The position numbers and the translations under genes are program-made. From an uncultured virus (IMG/VR IMGVR_UViG_3300046474_000019) (Duplodnaviria > Heunggongvirae > Uroviricota > Caudoviricetes), in IMG/VR virus record IMGVR_UViG_3300046474_000019: a stretch of 36,004 nucleotides of DNA; one strand, given 5' to 3'. This document shows positions 8,012-15,362 of the stretch, piece by piece. The number at the start of each line of letters is the position of its first letter. The first letter of the stretch is position 1. The notes beneath the pieces were generated by a model. It worked only from the letters and a program-made list of their open reading frames with translations. It was not told the origin of the DNA and did not search any database.

Positions 8012-8353
8012 ATGAATTGTACTATCTGGAACGCGCTTAACCAATGCTCCACAACGGGTTATGAGGTAGAACTACGCTCCCTTAACCTAGATAATGGGTT
8101 CATAGTTAAGCTTTTTCGTGACCATAAAGGCTGGCACCGTGTGGCCTTGTTTGAGAGTGACGCGCCAGACAGCGGCCTGAGTGGTGTTATCATCCAGCCA
8201 GACGGCGAAGTGTATTATAAGCAGACAGCCACCTATGCGCAGGGCAACAACTACACACGCAAACTTCAGGCTATGTTAACAGTGTGGGGCATTGAATGGC
8301 ACCGTTCAGAACTGTTAACAGAATCCGGTGCTGCCTGTTATAAAGGGCTTTAA
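8012..8353 (+). CDS. Hypothetical early protein
   Basis: ATG 8012 after AGGGG, within 7994..8353 ORF. Confidence 0.65.
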   Translation: MNCTIWNALNQCSTTGYEVELRSLNLDNGFIVKLFRDHKGWHRVALFESDAPDSGLSGVIIQPDGEVYYKQTATYAQGNNYTRKLQAMLTVWGIEWHRSELLTESGAACYKGL

Positions 8354-8394
8354 AGTGTTCTGGAAAGTATACAGAAAAGGTGTGTTCAACCCTA

Positions 8395-8422
8395 TTGACA
8401 GGGTGTTCTACCCTGCTATAAT
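8395..8422 (+). promoter_or_regulatory. sigma70 promoter
   Basis: TTGACA-16-TATAAT; CAGGGT..ACCCTG inverted repeat. Confidence 0.8.
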
Positions 8423-8484
8423 GGACGCTCAAGATGTACACGCTATGCTTGAGGATGATTATGATTTTCCTGTCACAATTACCC

Positions 8485-8513
8485 TTGACGAATGCGATTA
8501 ATTGACCTAGAAT
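8485..8513 (+). promoter_or_regulatory. sigma70 promoter
   Basis: TTGACG-17-TAGAAT. Confidence 0.65.
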
Positions 8514-8547
8514 CACCATGTAACTAACCCACAGTGAGTACAGGCAA

Positions 8548-8880
8548 ATGGCTACCATCGTTATCAAAGGCGCTTCAATCGAAAAGAAACGTGAAATCCT
8601 TGACTCTAATAAGGGCCAAATGTTCGCCGTGACGTGGCAGAAAAAGGACGGCACTAGCACACATCGCGTGCTTAAGCAATGGATGAATAAAGCCCTTGCC
8701 AGCGGTACTAATGAAGTGGTACAGGCCAATCCAGCGGCACACAACCCGGACAACTACACAGCAGCCGACCCGGACAAGATCGCAAAGGGCAATCCCTATC
8801 CTTGGGTAAACGTCACACTGTCGAAAATGTCAAGCTGCAAGGTTGGCGGTGACGAATACATTTTTGAAGATGATAAGTAG
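8548..8880 (+). CDS. SH3/WYL-like early protein, paralog of 6173..6475
   Basis: MFAVTWQKKDGTSTHR ... WVNVTLSKMSSCKVGG. Confidence 0.6.
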   Translation: MATIVIKGASIEKKREILDSNKGQMFAVTWQKKDGTSTHRVLKQWMNKALASGTNEVVQANPAAHNPDNYTAADPDKIAKGNPYPWVNVTLSKMSSCKVGGDEYIFEDDK

Positions 8881-8938
8881 CCTGAATAAACCGTCTAGGG
8901 GCGCTGATTTAATTAGAGTTTTTCTAGTGTTTTGCTAG

Positions 8939-8966
8939 TTGACATGCCCCTAACATCCTGTAGACT
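8939..8966 (+). promoter_or_regulatory. sigma70 promoter
   Basis: TTGACA-16-TAGACT. Confidence 0.65.
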
Positions 8967-9029
8967 ACGCATCACCGGGAAGGAATAAGCCAGAAAGGCA
9001 GCCACCGGCAACCATAGGAGTAGGACAGA

Positions 9030-9332
9030 TTGGGCAGTATGAATAAGGTTGTTTTGCTGTCGTTAGGAGCTGTAAAGACTTTCCGTGGCTATGACGTGAA
9101 GCTGGGGGTTGTACAGGTGTCAGACGGGGAGTTTGTCGAGCATCTAGATAGCACGTTTGCAGAAGTGGCACTCTGCAATCATAACGTAAAGCCGGGGAGC
9201 GCCTTGCAAGTGGTGGCCCCGTTCTGGTTTCAAACTCTTAAGAATGAATATCAAGAAGAGTTGCAAAGCTCGCTACGATCGCAAGTGATACAAGGTAATG
9301 ATGTTGATATAGATTTTCATTACAACATGTAA
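9030..9332 (+). CDS. Hypothetical early protein
   Basis: ORF between promoter and terminator; start may be ATG 9039. Confidence 0.6.
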   Translation: MGSMNKVVLLSLGAVKTFRGYDVKLGVVQVSDGEFVEHLDSTFAEVALCNHNVKPGSALQVVAPFWFQTLKNEYQEELQSSLRSQVIQGNDVDIDFHYNM

Positions 9333-9347
9333 GCTACACGCATGAGG

Positions 9348-9372
9348 AAAGCCCCGACAGGCGGGGCTTTTT
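9348..9372 (+). terminator. Rho-independent terminator
   Basis: AAAGCCCCG-ACAGG-CGGGGCTTTTT. Confidence 0.85.
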
Positions 9373-9401
9373 CATACCCACAAAATAAATTGAAAATTTC
9401 C

Positions 9402-9429
9402 TTGACATGGTGAACCAGCCTGCTAATCT
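9402..9429 (+). promoter_or_regulatory. sigma70 promoter of DGQHR gene
   Basis: TTGACA-16-TAATCT with A/T-rich upstream element. Confidence 0.65.
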
Positions 9430-9472
9430 CCTAATCAAGCAAGGGGAATACAGAACACCCCAGCTTGAAAGA

Positions 9473-9488
9473 TGTTCCACGTGGAACG
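9473..9488. promoter_or_regulatory. parS: parS-type palindrome (copy 1), in leader of DGQHR gene
   Basis: TGTTCCACGTGGAACG; 15/16 match to Pseudomonas parS TGTTCCACGTGGAACA. Confidence 0.75.
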
Positions 9489-9512
9489 TCTCAACGCTCT
9501 AGGAGAAATGCC

Positions 9513-10970
9513 ATGTTCATGCCAAATGAATCGCTTCCTACTCCACTCACTTCCATCGATAACCTGCTGAAAGAAGCTGACTCTCAAGTCAGACCGGAAA
9601 AGGTGTTCATTGGTCACAATCTGGGGCATCGTACCTTTATTGCCTTGATCCCAATGAAAGACTTCTACGCCATGAGTAAGGTAGCCAACGAACGTCAACC
9701 GGACGGCTCGCCAGCTACACAACGCCCACTCAATGAGGCACACGCTACAGGGTTGGCAAAATACATCCTTCGCGGTATGATCGCCGCTGCAATCGAATAC
9801 CGCCGCAACTTCAATAAGCCAGAATCGCTGGCATTGCACGAACTACAGCGTGTAATGGGGCCACAAACCTACATGAGCTTGCAGCCTATCGTGTGCAACC
9901 TTCGCACCGTTGCCCCCGGTGGAGCTGGGATTGAAGGCAAGCGGATGGAAGCGGACGGCGAAACGGCCTGCTTTAAAGTGTTCCTCGGTCAACGTGACAT
10001 GCTGTATGTGATCGATGGCCAGCACCGTCGTTATGCCATGGATTTGGTTTTCGAATTCCTGACTGAAATCAGGTTGAACCGTAAGTATCCACGTAAGCCT
10101 AAACTGTTTGAAGGTAACTTCAAGGAGCCAATCCCTACCGAAGTGCTAGCGGCATGGGACGAATGCGATGAAGTGGCAAGGGGCTTCAGCAAGATCGCTG
10201 TAGAGATTCACCTAGGGCTTGGCGTTCGGGAAGAGCAACAACTGTTCCACGACCTGAACAACCTTGCCAAGAAGGTGGAGCGCTCGCTCGCTCTGAAGTT
10301 CGACAGCGCCAACCCGGTCAACCAGTTCATACAGAACGAGCTGTTACCGCATATCCTAGATTGGGACGACGTAACGGACGGTGACCAGTCCAACTGGAGC
10401 AAGGATACAGGCCGCTGGACATTCCGCGATCTGGCAGCGACTAACGCTATCCTGTTTCTGAACAAAACCAGCATTGCCAGTGCTACGCCTGCCGATGTAG
10501 AAGAAAAATATGCTACAGCTTGCAGGGCATGGGGCGCTATCGCTAACGTTCCGGGGTTTGGCAAGCCGGGGGCAAAAGCTTATACGGTGCTGGCACAGCC
10601 TGTAGTCGTCAAAGCTGTCGCAAAACTGGTGTACGATCTGGGGTTTGGTCGTCGTCGTGATGCTACAGCCGGTGAAGACCTTGAAAGGCTTCTGCAAGGC
10701 TTGTCACAAGTCAACTTCAGCCACACCAACCCTGTATGGCGGTTTTATGAACTGACTGAACAGGACCGTATCAAGCAAAAGCTTAACGGCTTGCGTGACT
10801 ATCTGCCTGATGGTGGTGACACTAACCGGAATATCGGAACGTTCGATAGCCAGAACAAATGGATGAAATTTGGCACCCGCCATAACGACATTTACCCAAT
10901 CATTGGTGACATGATTCGCTGGATGTTGAAACTCCCAAGCCGTACCGCTGAAAAGCCAGAAGCGGCGTAA
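9513..10970 (+). CDS. DGQHR-domain protein (DndB-like, ParB/Srx-fold superfamily)
   Basis: AGGAG RBS before ATG 9513; TQRPLNEAHA..LAKYI, YVIDGQHRRYAM, EEQQLFHDLN motifs of the DndB/DGQHR family; 485 aa. Confidence 0.85.
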   Translation: MFMPNESLPTPLTSIDNLLKEADSQVRPEKVFIGHNLGHRTFIALIPMKDFYAMSKVANERQPDGSPATQRPLNEAHATGLAKYILRGMIAAAIEYRRNFNKPESLALHELQRVMGPQTYMSLQPIVCNLRTVAPGGAGIEGKRMEADGETACFKVFLGQRDMLYVIDGQHRRYAMDLVFEFLTEIRLNRKYPRKPKLFEGNFKEPIPTEVLAAWDECDEVARGFSKIAVEIHLGLGVREEQQLFHDLNNLAKKVERSLALKFDSANPVNQFIQNELLPHILDWDDVTDGDQSNWSKDTGRWTFRDLAATNAILFLNKTSIASATPADVEEKYATACRAWGAIANVPGFGKPGAKAYTVLAQPVVVKAVAKLVYDLGFGRRRDATAGEDLERLLQGLSQVNFSHTNPVWRFYELTEQDRIKQKLNGLRDYLPDGGDTNRNIGTFDSQNKWMKFGTRHNDIYPIIGDMIRWMLKLPSRTAEKPEAA

Positions 10971-10982
10971 CGCAAACCCCTT

Positions 10983-11008
10983 GCCCCGCCTAACCAGCGG
11001 GGCTTTTC
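10983..11008 (+). terminator. Rho-independent terminator
   Basis: GCCCCGC-CTAACCA-GCGGGGC-TTTT. Confidence 0.85.
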
Positions 11009-11037
11009 TCCGTCACACATTAGGCCAGGGTGATGCT

Positions 11038-11133
11038 ATGACAAGCCTTGAAAAAGCAGTGTTGGCTATCTTTGGTACGCTGTTCGTTGTGTGGGTGATA
11101 TCTATCCTCATGCTATTTTCAACATTACGTTAA
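11038..11133 (+). CDS. Small single-pass membrane peptide (31 aa)
   Basis: MTSLEKAVLAIFGTLFVVWVISILMLFSTLR, AGGGTG upstream. Confidence 0.5.
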   Translation: MTSLEKAVLAIFGTLFVVWVISILMLFSTLR

Positions 11134-11141
11134 AATGTGTG

Positions 11142-11169
11142 TTGACATGGATGTCATACCCTGTAGAAT
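11142..11169 (+). promoter_or_regulatory. sigma70 promoter with palindrome over -35
   Basis: TTGACA-16-TAGAAT; TGACAT-GG-ATGTCA. Confidence 0.7.
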
Positions 11170-11217
11170 CCACCACAAGATGTGAACAAGCCTCACAAAT
11201 CAAGAAGGAACGCTACC

Positions 11218-11538
11218 ATGGAGCAAATAATAACCGCTTTGGCCCAACTGGAAACAATCCTCAACTCTGACCCATCGGTTGAAGGGCTGCCATACAACTA
11301 TAAAATCGAATTGCAAATGGGTAAAGTATACGCCCGTATTGTTCGCCGTGAAGTGTGGCACCACAACCCAACCGAGCCCGTGAATGGCTCTGTGTATGGT
11401 TTCATCAAGCTAGAAGACCTGACCTTGTGGAAAGCAGCAGGATGGAAGGCGTCAGCCAAGAACAAGGCACGCGGCGTTCTTTCTGACCTGACAGACGCTG
11501 AAAAGGTTCTGCCTATGTGGCGTTACAGTATCAGCTAA
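11218..11538 (+). CDS. Conserved phage early hypothetical protein
   Basis: AAGGA RBS; KVYARIV...SVYGFI...KAAGWKASAKNKARG. Confidence 0.7.
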   Translation: MEQIITALAQLETILNSDPSVEGLPYNYKIELQMGKVYARIVRREVWHHNPTEPVNGSVYGFIKLEDLTLWKAAGWKASAKNKARGVLSDLTDAEKVLPMWRYSIS

Positions 11539-11557
11539 AACAATTTTATCGTATGGC

Positions 11558-11586
11558 TTGACGTCCTCAGGCCATTCTATTAAGAT
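11558..11586 (+). promoter_or_regulatory. sigma70 promoter
   Basis: TTGACG-17-TAAGAT. Confidence 0.7.
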
Positions 11587-11624
11587 TGTTTACATCGAAA
11601 CCCAACCACTAGGAATACGTCACC

Positions 11625-11996
11625 ATGAACACGAACTATAAGACTGAAGCTGTAGCAGAACTGGCCCAATCAATCAAGGCCGCTGGTTTCCGTGTGTTCA
11701 TTGCAAAGAGTGGCACTTACGGTTTCTACACTGATGAGGCTGGTAGCCGAATCGTCTCTTTCCAATTTGATTTGGGCGGCTTCAAGTTTTCCGGCAACTA
11801 TAAAACAGATCAACCACATAGCACCGGCAATGGTTGGGGTTTTGGTGAAGGTGTTGATATTTCCGCTAGCGGCTTGCGTAGTATGTTCGAATCTACACCA
11901 CCGCAATGGGCAGTGCGTGGTGCTAACTGGGAACTCACCACACTAGAACAGCACCTAAAGACCTATCAGGCATCGTCGCAATACGTCGAAGTCTAA
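11625..11996 (+). CDS. Hypothetical early protein
   Basis: 123 aa, AGGA RBS, own promoter. Confidence 0.75.
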   Translation: MNTNYKTEAVAELAQSIKAAGFRVFIAKSGTYGFYTDEAGSRIVSFQFDLGGFKFSGNYKTDQPHSTGNGWGFGEGVDISASGLRSMFESTPPQWAVRGANWELTTLEQHLKTYQASSQYVEV

Positions 11997-12004
11997 TAAA
12001 ACGC

Positions 12005-12032
12005 TTGCATGGGCTGTTCACTCTGATAGAAT
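12005..12032 (+). promoter_or_regulatory. sigma70 promoter
   Basis: TTGCAT-16-TAGAAT; imperfect GGGCTGTTC..GAATGGCCC. Confidence 0.6.
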
Positions 12033-12066
12033 GGCCCTACACAATCAACGCTCTAGGACGTTCGCC

Positions 12067-12351
12067 ATGATCACCATCACAAGCCTTACCCATCCTATAA
12101 TGATTGCAAAGATTCGTCACGGCCTACGCTGTGCTGCCTCGGGTAATGGTCATTTGCTTGGCGGACATGATAACCGTGTGTACATCCAGAATCGCAAAGG
12201 CCACAACATCATGCGAATCGACTACAAAGGCAATGGCCAGTTTGTGGCGTATGGTGGGGCAGACTGGGGCTTAACTGAAGTGACTGAGGTTGTCAAGGCT
12301 GCATTGCGTCGTGCCACAGTTCGAACAATCCTTAATAGGAGGTTGACATGA
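12067..12351 (+). CDS. Hypothetical early protein
   Basis: AGGA RBS before ATG 12067. Confidence 0.7.
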   Translation: MITITSLTHPIMIAKIRHGLRCAASGNGHLLGGHDNRVYIQNRKGHNIMRIDYKGNGQFVAYGGADWGLTEVTEVVKAALRRATVRTILNRRLT

Positions 12352-12455
12352 ACGCTAAACATTTGAAAATCTATAACACTGTACTGTCTGTAGCCTTTTT
12401 GGTTATCGCTTCAGCCGTTGTCTATCAGTTGGGTATTGCATGGCTATCACAGTGA
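12348..12455 (+). CDS. Small membrane peptide (35 aa)
   Basis: AGGAGG RBS, ATGA overlap; MNAKHLKIYNTVLSVAFLVIASAVVYQLGIAWLSQ. Confidence 0.7.
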   Translation: MNAKHLKIYNTVLSVAFLVIASAVVYQLGIAWLSQ

Positions 12456-12508
12456 CGCTAGACACACCGTAATGGCTTTTCAACGTGTGATAAATCGTTA
12501 AACAAGTG

Positions 12509-12538
12509 TTGTATAGAGCATTCGAAGCATAGTAGAAT
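12509..12538 (+). promoter_or_regulatory. sigma70 promoter with inverted repeat overlapping -10
   Basis: TTGTAT-18-TAGAAT; AGAGCATTC..GAATGCTCT. Confidence 0.55.
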
Positions 12539-12568
12539 GCTCTCACACCAACCAATGAGGCTAGGCAA

Positions 12569-12811
12569 ATGAGAAAAATACAAATCTTCACTAACGCAAA
12601 TCTTGAATCCGTCAAAGTGGCAAACATCTTTCAAACCACACCACAGCCGGGTATGGAAGCAATCCACGTGCCATCCTTCGAAGTGTCGACTACATCCGGT
12701 GGCGTGGACATTGGTTGGAAATTTGAAAGCTTCGCATTGCTTGAGGATGCCCAACAATTCGCATTACAGTTCATCATGCCTAAAGGCATGCTTTGCAAAA
12801 TAGTGGCCTAA
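12569..12811 (+). CDS. Hypothetical early protein
   Basis: 80 aa ORF after promoter. Confidence 0.7.
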   Translation: MRKIQIFTNANLESVKVANIFQTTPQPGMEAIHVPSFEVSTTSGGVDIGWKFESFALLEDAQQFALQFIMPKGMLCKIVA

Positions 12812-12824
12812 CCGAATAAACCAC

Positions 12825-12853
12825 TTGCGGGGTGTTGATTGCAGATATACAAT
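12825..12853 (+). promoter_or_regulatory. sigma70 promoter with inverted repeat around -10
   Basis: TTGCGG-17-TACAAT; TGATTGCA..TGCAATCA. Confidence 0.6.
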
Positions 12854-12886
12854 GCAATCACACCCACACACAACCGAGTGACCATC

Positions 12887-13186
12887 ATGACCAAATCCAC
12901 TTCCATTCGTTGCACTTGCTGTCAAGCTGAGCTTACCGCACCTCAGTTTTACAATGGCAAGCCTTATGGCTGGACTTGCATCAAGAAGGTTGACCCAGCT
13001 TTCAAACGCACTAAAACCGTTTATGTGGCTTGTGAAGCTTTCAAGATTGTTCAAGCTGGTAGTCGTTGTGTCGTTAACGTCAAGCTTGCTGGTAAGTGGT
13101 CACAAGTGGTGGTGTATGGTGATATCGAAACACGCACTACTTCGACCTACATGCAAGACGGTATCCTGTACGTGGTAGCTAAATAA
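12887..13186 (+). CDS. Zn-finger-like early protein
   Basis: CTCCQAELT...YGWTCIKK. Confidence 0.65.
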   Translation: MTKSTSIRCTCCQAELTAPQFYNGKPYGWTCIKKVDPAFKRTKTVYVACEAFKIVQAGSRCVVNVKLAGKWSQVVVYGDIETRTTSTYMQDGILYVVAK

Positions 13187-13260
13187 TGCTACCGCTAAAA
13201 GCGCTCTACCTGTATTCCGCTGTCATTGTTGCCCTCGGCCTTGCTTGGAGTTTTTCCTAA
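13186..13260 (+). CDS. Small membrane peptide (24 aa)
   Basis: TAATG coupling at both ends; MLPLKALYLYSAVIVALGLAWSFS. Confidence 0.55.
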   Translation: MLPLKALYLYSAVIVALGLAWSFS

Positions 13261-13544
13261 TGTACGCACTAATCCTTACCCTTTGCTCACTCGCCAACTG
13301 TAATGGCTATGTGATTGCCACTGATGATGCTTGGCAGCAACAAGCCCCATGCAATGAGACACTGTATGTTGAAAGCGACCTATTCGGAAAGGCTTTCACC
13401 TTCGACAATACAGGCAAGCTCACAGCCTTAAATAGCCAATTAGCTCAAGGCTATCTAGATCGTTTCAATGTCCGTGAGGAACTCACAACCCTGACAGATT
13501 ACGACTTCACGTGTGAGAAAGTGGCAGACAACGACATTCCATAA
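13260..13544 (+). CDS. Hypothetical exported protein
   Basis: MYALILTLCSLANC signal-like N-terminus; Cys pairs. Confidence 0.65.
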   Translation: MYALILTLCSLANCNGYVIATDDAWQQQAPCNETLYVESDLFGKAFTFDNTGKLTALNSQLAQGYLDRFNVREELTTLTDYDFTCEKVADNDIP

Positions 13545-13546
13545 CA

Positions 13547-13562
13547 CGTTCCACGTGGAACA
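13547..13562. promoter_or_regulatory. parS: parS-type palindrome (copy 2, inverted)
   Basis: CGTTCCACGTGGAACA = reverse complement of copy 1. Confidence 0.75.
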
Positions 13563-13565
13563 ATT

Positions 13566-13586
13566 GCCCGCCTTGAGCGGGCTTTC
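13566..13586 (+). terminator. Terminator ending the early + strand region
   Basis: GCCCGC-CTTGA-GCGGGC-TTTC. Confidence 0.65.
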
Positions 13587-13595
13587 GCACTGGCT

Positions 13596-13637
13596 AAAGC
13601 GTAGCTTTGAAGGTTGTATACCCGAAAGCTACGCTTT
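13596..13637. repeat. Perfect 13-bp inverted repeat
   Basis: AAAGCGTAGCTTT ... AAAGCTACGCTTT. Confidence 0.8.
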
Positions 13638-14200
13638 CAGTGTTTTGCACGGTATCAAATGCGTTAGCATTGGTTGTTTTTGTGTAATAAAACATACAAA
13701 TAACCTACAATAAACATATATGAAACCTCAAGCCTTCGGCTGTCAGCGTATCACTCAAACCTTCGGTTTAAAGGGCTCTCAAACGGCCTGTAGGCCACGT
13801 GTTACAAGGCTTAGAGCTTTGTACGACCGTTAGCATACGCTAACAAGAAAACCCCTCAGAATCGTTCTAAACCCCTTTCCTGTACACTGGTAGCGTGTGT
13901 GAGTGGGCGATAGCCTACGTTCTACTAAGCGAAGCGCTCTCACCCTGACAAATATGTCAAGCATAATCTTCAAATATATTCCTATCCAATGCGTAGCATT
14001 GATTAATACATTCAATGGGCGCACCCTCACAGGTTGGCATGATCCTAGCCTAGCATAATGCATGCCAGAATAAACACTCTGAGCTACGCTCACATCTGTA
14101 CGCACATGTCAAATATCCCTTGTGTGTTAACCAATGTTGACAGTAGTCTACGACGTGTGAGTCATTGTGTGAATGTGTTTCCTTGTGTGGTGATGCTCTA

Positions 14201-14302
14201 TATATAGTGCGTCGGAATCAAAATGGCTTGCCATTGAATGATAATCCCCTTTGCCGTGTGTCCATCCTGTTAGTGTGTCCTCTATATAGTGCGTCGGAAT
14301 CA
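14201..14302. repeat. 20-bp direct repeat (two copies)
   Basis: TATATAGTGCGTCGGAATCA at 14201-14220 and 14283-14302. Confidence 0.9.
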
Positions 14303-14310
14303 CATTGTAC

Positions 14311-14326
14311 TGTTCCACGTGGAACG
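14311..14326. promoter_or_regulatory. parS: parS-type palindrome (copy 3)
   Basis: TGTTCCACGTGGAACG. Confidence 0.75.
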
Positions 14327-14484
14327 AATTCACCCCACAGGGTAGACCCATGGGCGAGCCACCCCATAGAGTGTATGCATCATTGAGGGTACATTGATAG
14401 GTTATTTCCATTTTACGTGGCGCCAGCCTTCGGGCCTTTGTGCTTGGTTAAGTGCCTATCGTGAAGACACCAATTCCTGTAGAC

Positions 14485-14519
14485 AAAAAGAAACCCTCAC
14501 AAGGAGGGCTCTTATTTTT
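14485..14519 (-). terminator. Terminator (possibly bidirectional) ending the - strand operon
   Basis: AAAAAGAAA-CCCTC-ACAAG-GAGGG-CTCTTATTTTT. Confidence 0.6.
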
Positions 14520-14536
14520 GGGCGGGAGTTTAAACT

Positions 14537-14824
14537 TTACAAGGAAAGAAGCTTCTCGGCTGTAGCGGCGGGGATGGAGTACTTCGCAATAAGGGCTACC
14601 ATTTTCAGACGGGTGTACCCTTTATAATAGTCAGCGGCAGCCATTGGGCTGGTAAACTTTCCAAGATAATGTTGCTTGTTGTCTACGTCCGTGGTCTTTA
14701 CAAACCAATGCTTACCTGTGTAGCCAACACCCTGCTTAGAATTGTAACACTTTAACAGTTGATTAACGGCATTTGCCACACCATCCACACCAGCCGTTGG
14801 AGCTTGAACAGGGTTCATTCGCAT
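14537..14824 (-). CDS. Stand-alone AP2-like DNA-binding domain protein
   Basis: GVGYTGKHWFV...KQHYLGKFTSPMAAADYY. Confidence 0.55.
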   Translation of the reverse strand: MRMNPVQAPTAGVDGVANAVNQLLKCYNSKQGVGYTGKHWFVKTTDVDNKQHYLGKFTSPMAAADYYKGYTRLKMVALIAKYSIPAATAEKLLSL

Positions 14825-14848
14825 TTTCGATTTCTTTCCAGTCGTCCA

Positions 14849-15043
14849 TTATTGTTTGCTCAGGTCAATGCTGATTGCTGCAACTTGGATGTTCAGACGG
14901 TCTACAACAATCTGGAGAGCGTTACGAATAGCGTTCTCTACAATCATCCTGTCCGCACTACGAGAGCCAGAGCTATAGATGGCTCCTTCAGCACGGTCAG
15001 CAATATTGTAGATTTCTTGAGCAGTTGGCATTGGCAGTCTCAT
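14849..15043 (-). CDS. Hypothetical phage protein
   Basis: AAGGAG RBS, 64 aa. Confidence 0.7.
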   Translation of the reverse strand: MRLPMPTAQEIYNIADRAEGAIYSSGSRSADRMIVENAIRNALQIVVDRLNIQVAAISIDLSKQ

Positions 15044-15165
15044 ACGGGTTCTCCTTTGATATAAGATTGCATCAGTGTTTTGAAGTTGATTACAACGTCA
15101 GGGTACTTCTCTTTGTACGCACGCACATAGGCTGTCCAGCCTGTTGTAGACTCGCCCTTCACCAT
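15040..15165 (-). CDS. Small hypothetical protein (not in ORF track)
   Basis: MVKGESTTGWTAYVRAYKEKYPDVVINFKTLMQSYIKGEPV fills the gap with overlaps at both ends. Confidence 0.55.
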   Translation of the reverse strand: MVKGESTTGWTAYVRAYKEKYPDVVINFKTLMQSYIKGEPV

Positions 15166-15362
15166 TCACACCCACAGTGCGTCGGGTGCCCTTGAGGCAT
15201 TGTACAGCCTTTAGAAGGCTTACGACATGCGTATGGAATCGCAAACTCTACTACAACTTCAATATCCATATTTGGATAGAGGTCAAGGATATGGTCTACA
15301 GCCTCTTTAGCTTCCTTCAGACCACAGCCAGCCCTTTCCCGTACACTCTTGATTGCCATCAC
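15159..15362 (-). CDS. Ribosomal protein bL12 (L7/L12) C-terminal-like protein
   Basis: AIKSVRERAGCGLKEAKEAVD resembles bL12 IKxVRxxTGLGLKEAKxxVE. Confidence 0.6.
   Translation of the reverse strand: MMAIKSVRERAGCGLKEAKEAVDHILDLYPNMDIEVVVEFAIPYACRKPSKGCTMPQGHPTHCGCEW

Noticed and set aside
9465..9512. N-terminal extension of the DGQHR ORF covering parS
   Set aside because: AGGAG RBS points to ATG 9513, so parS is in the leader rather than in coding sequence.
9513..10970. Complete dnd phosphorothioation system
   Set aside because: Only a DndB-like gene is present; no dndA/C/D/E in the window.
14201..14326. Possible mini-CRISPR array
   Set aside because: Only two 20-bp copies with a 62-bp spacer and no cas genes.
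13830..14627. Short ORFs in the convergent intergenic block
   Set aside because: No RBS or coupling, overlap repeats and parS, inconsistent strands.
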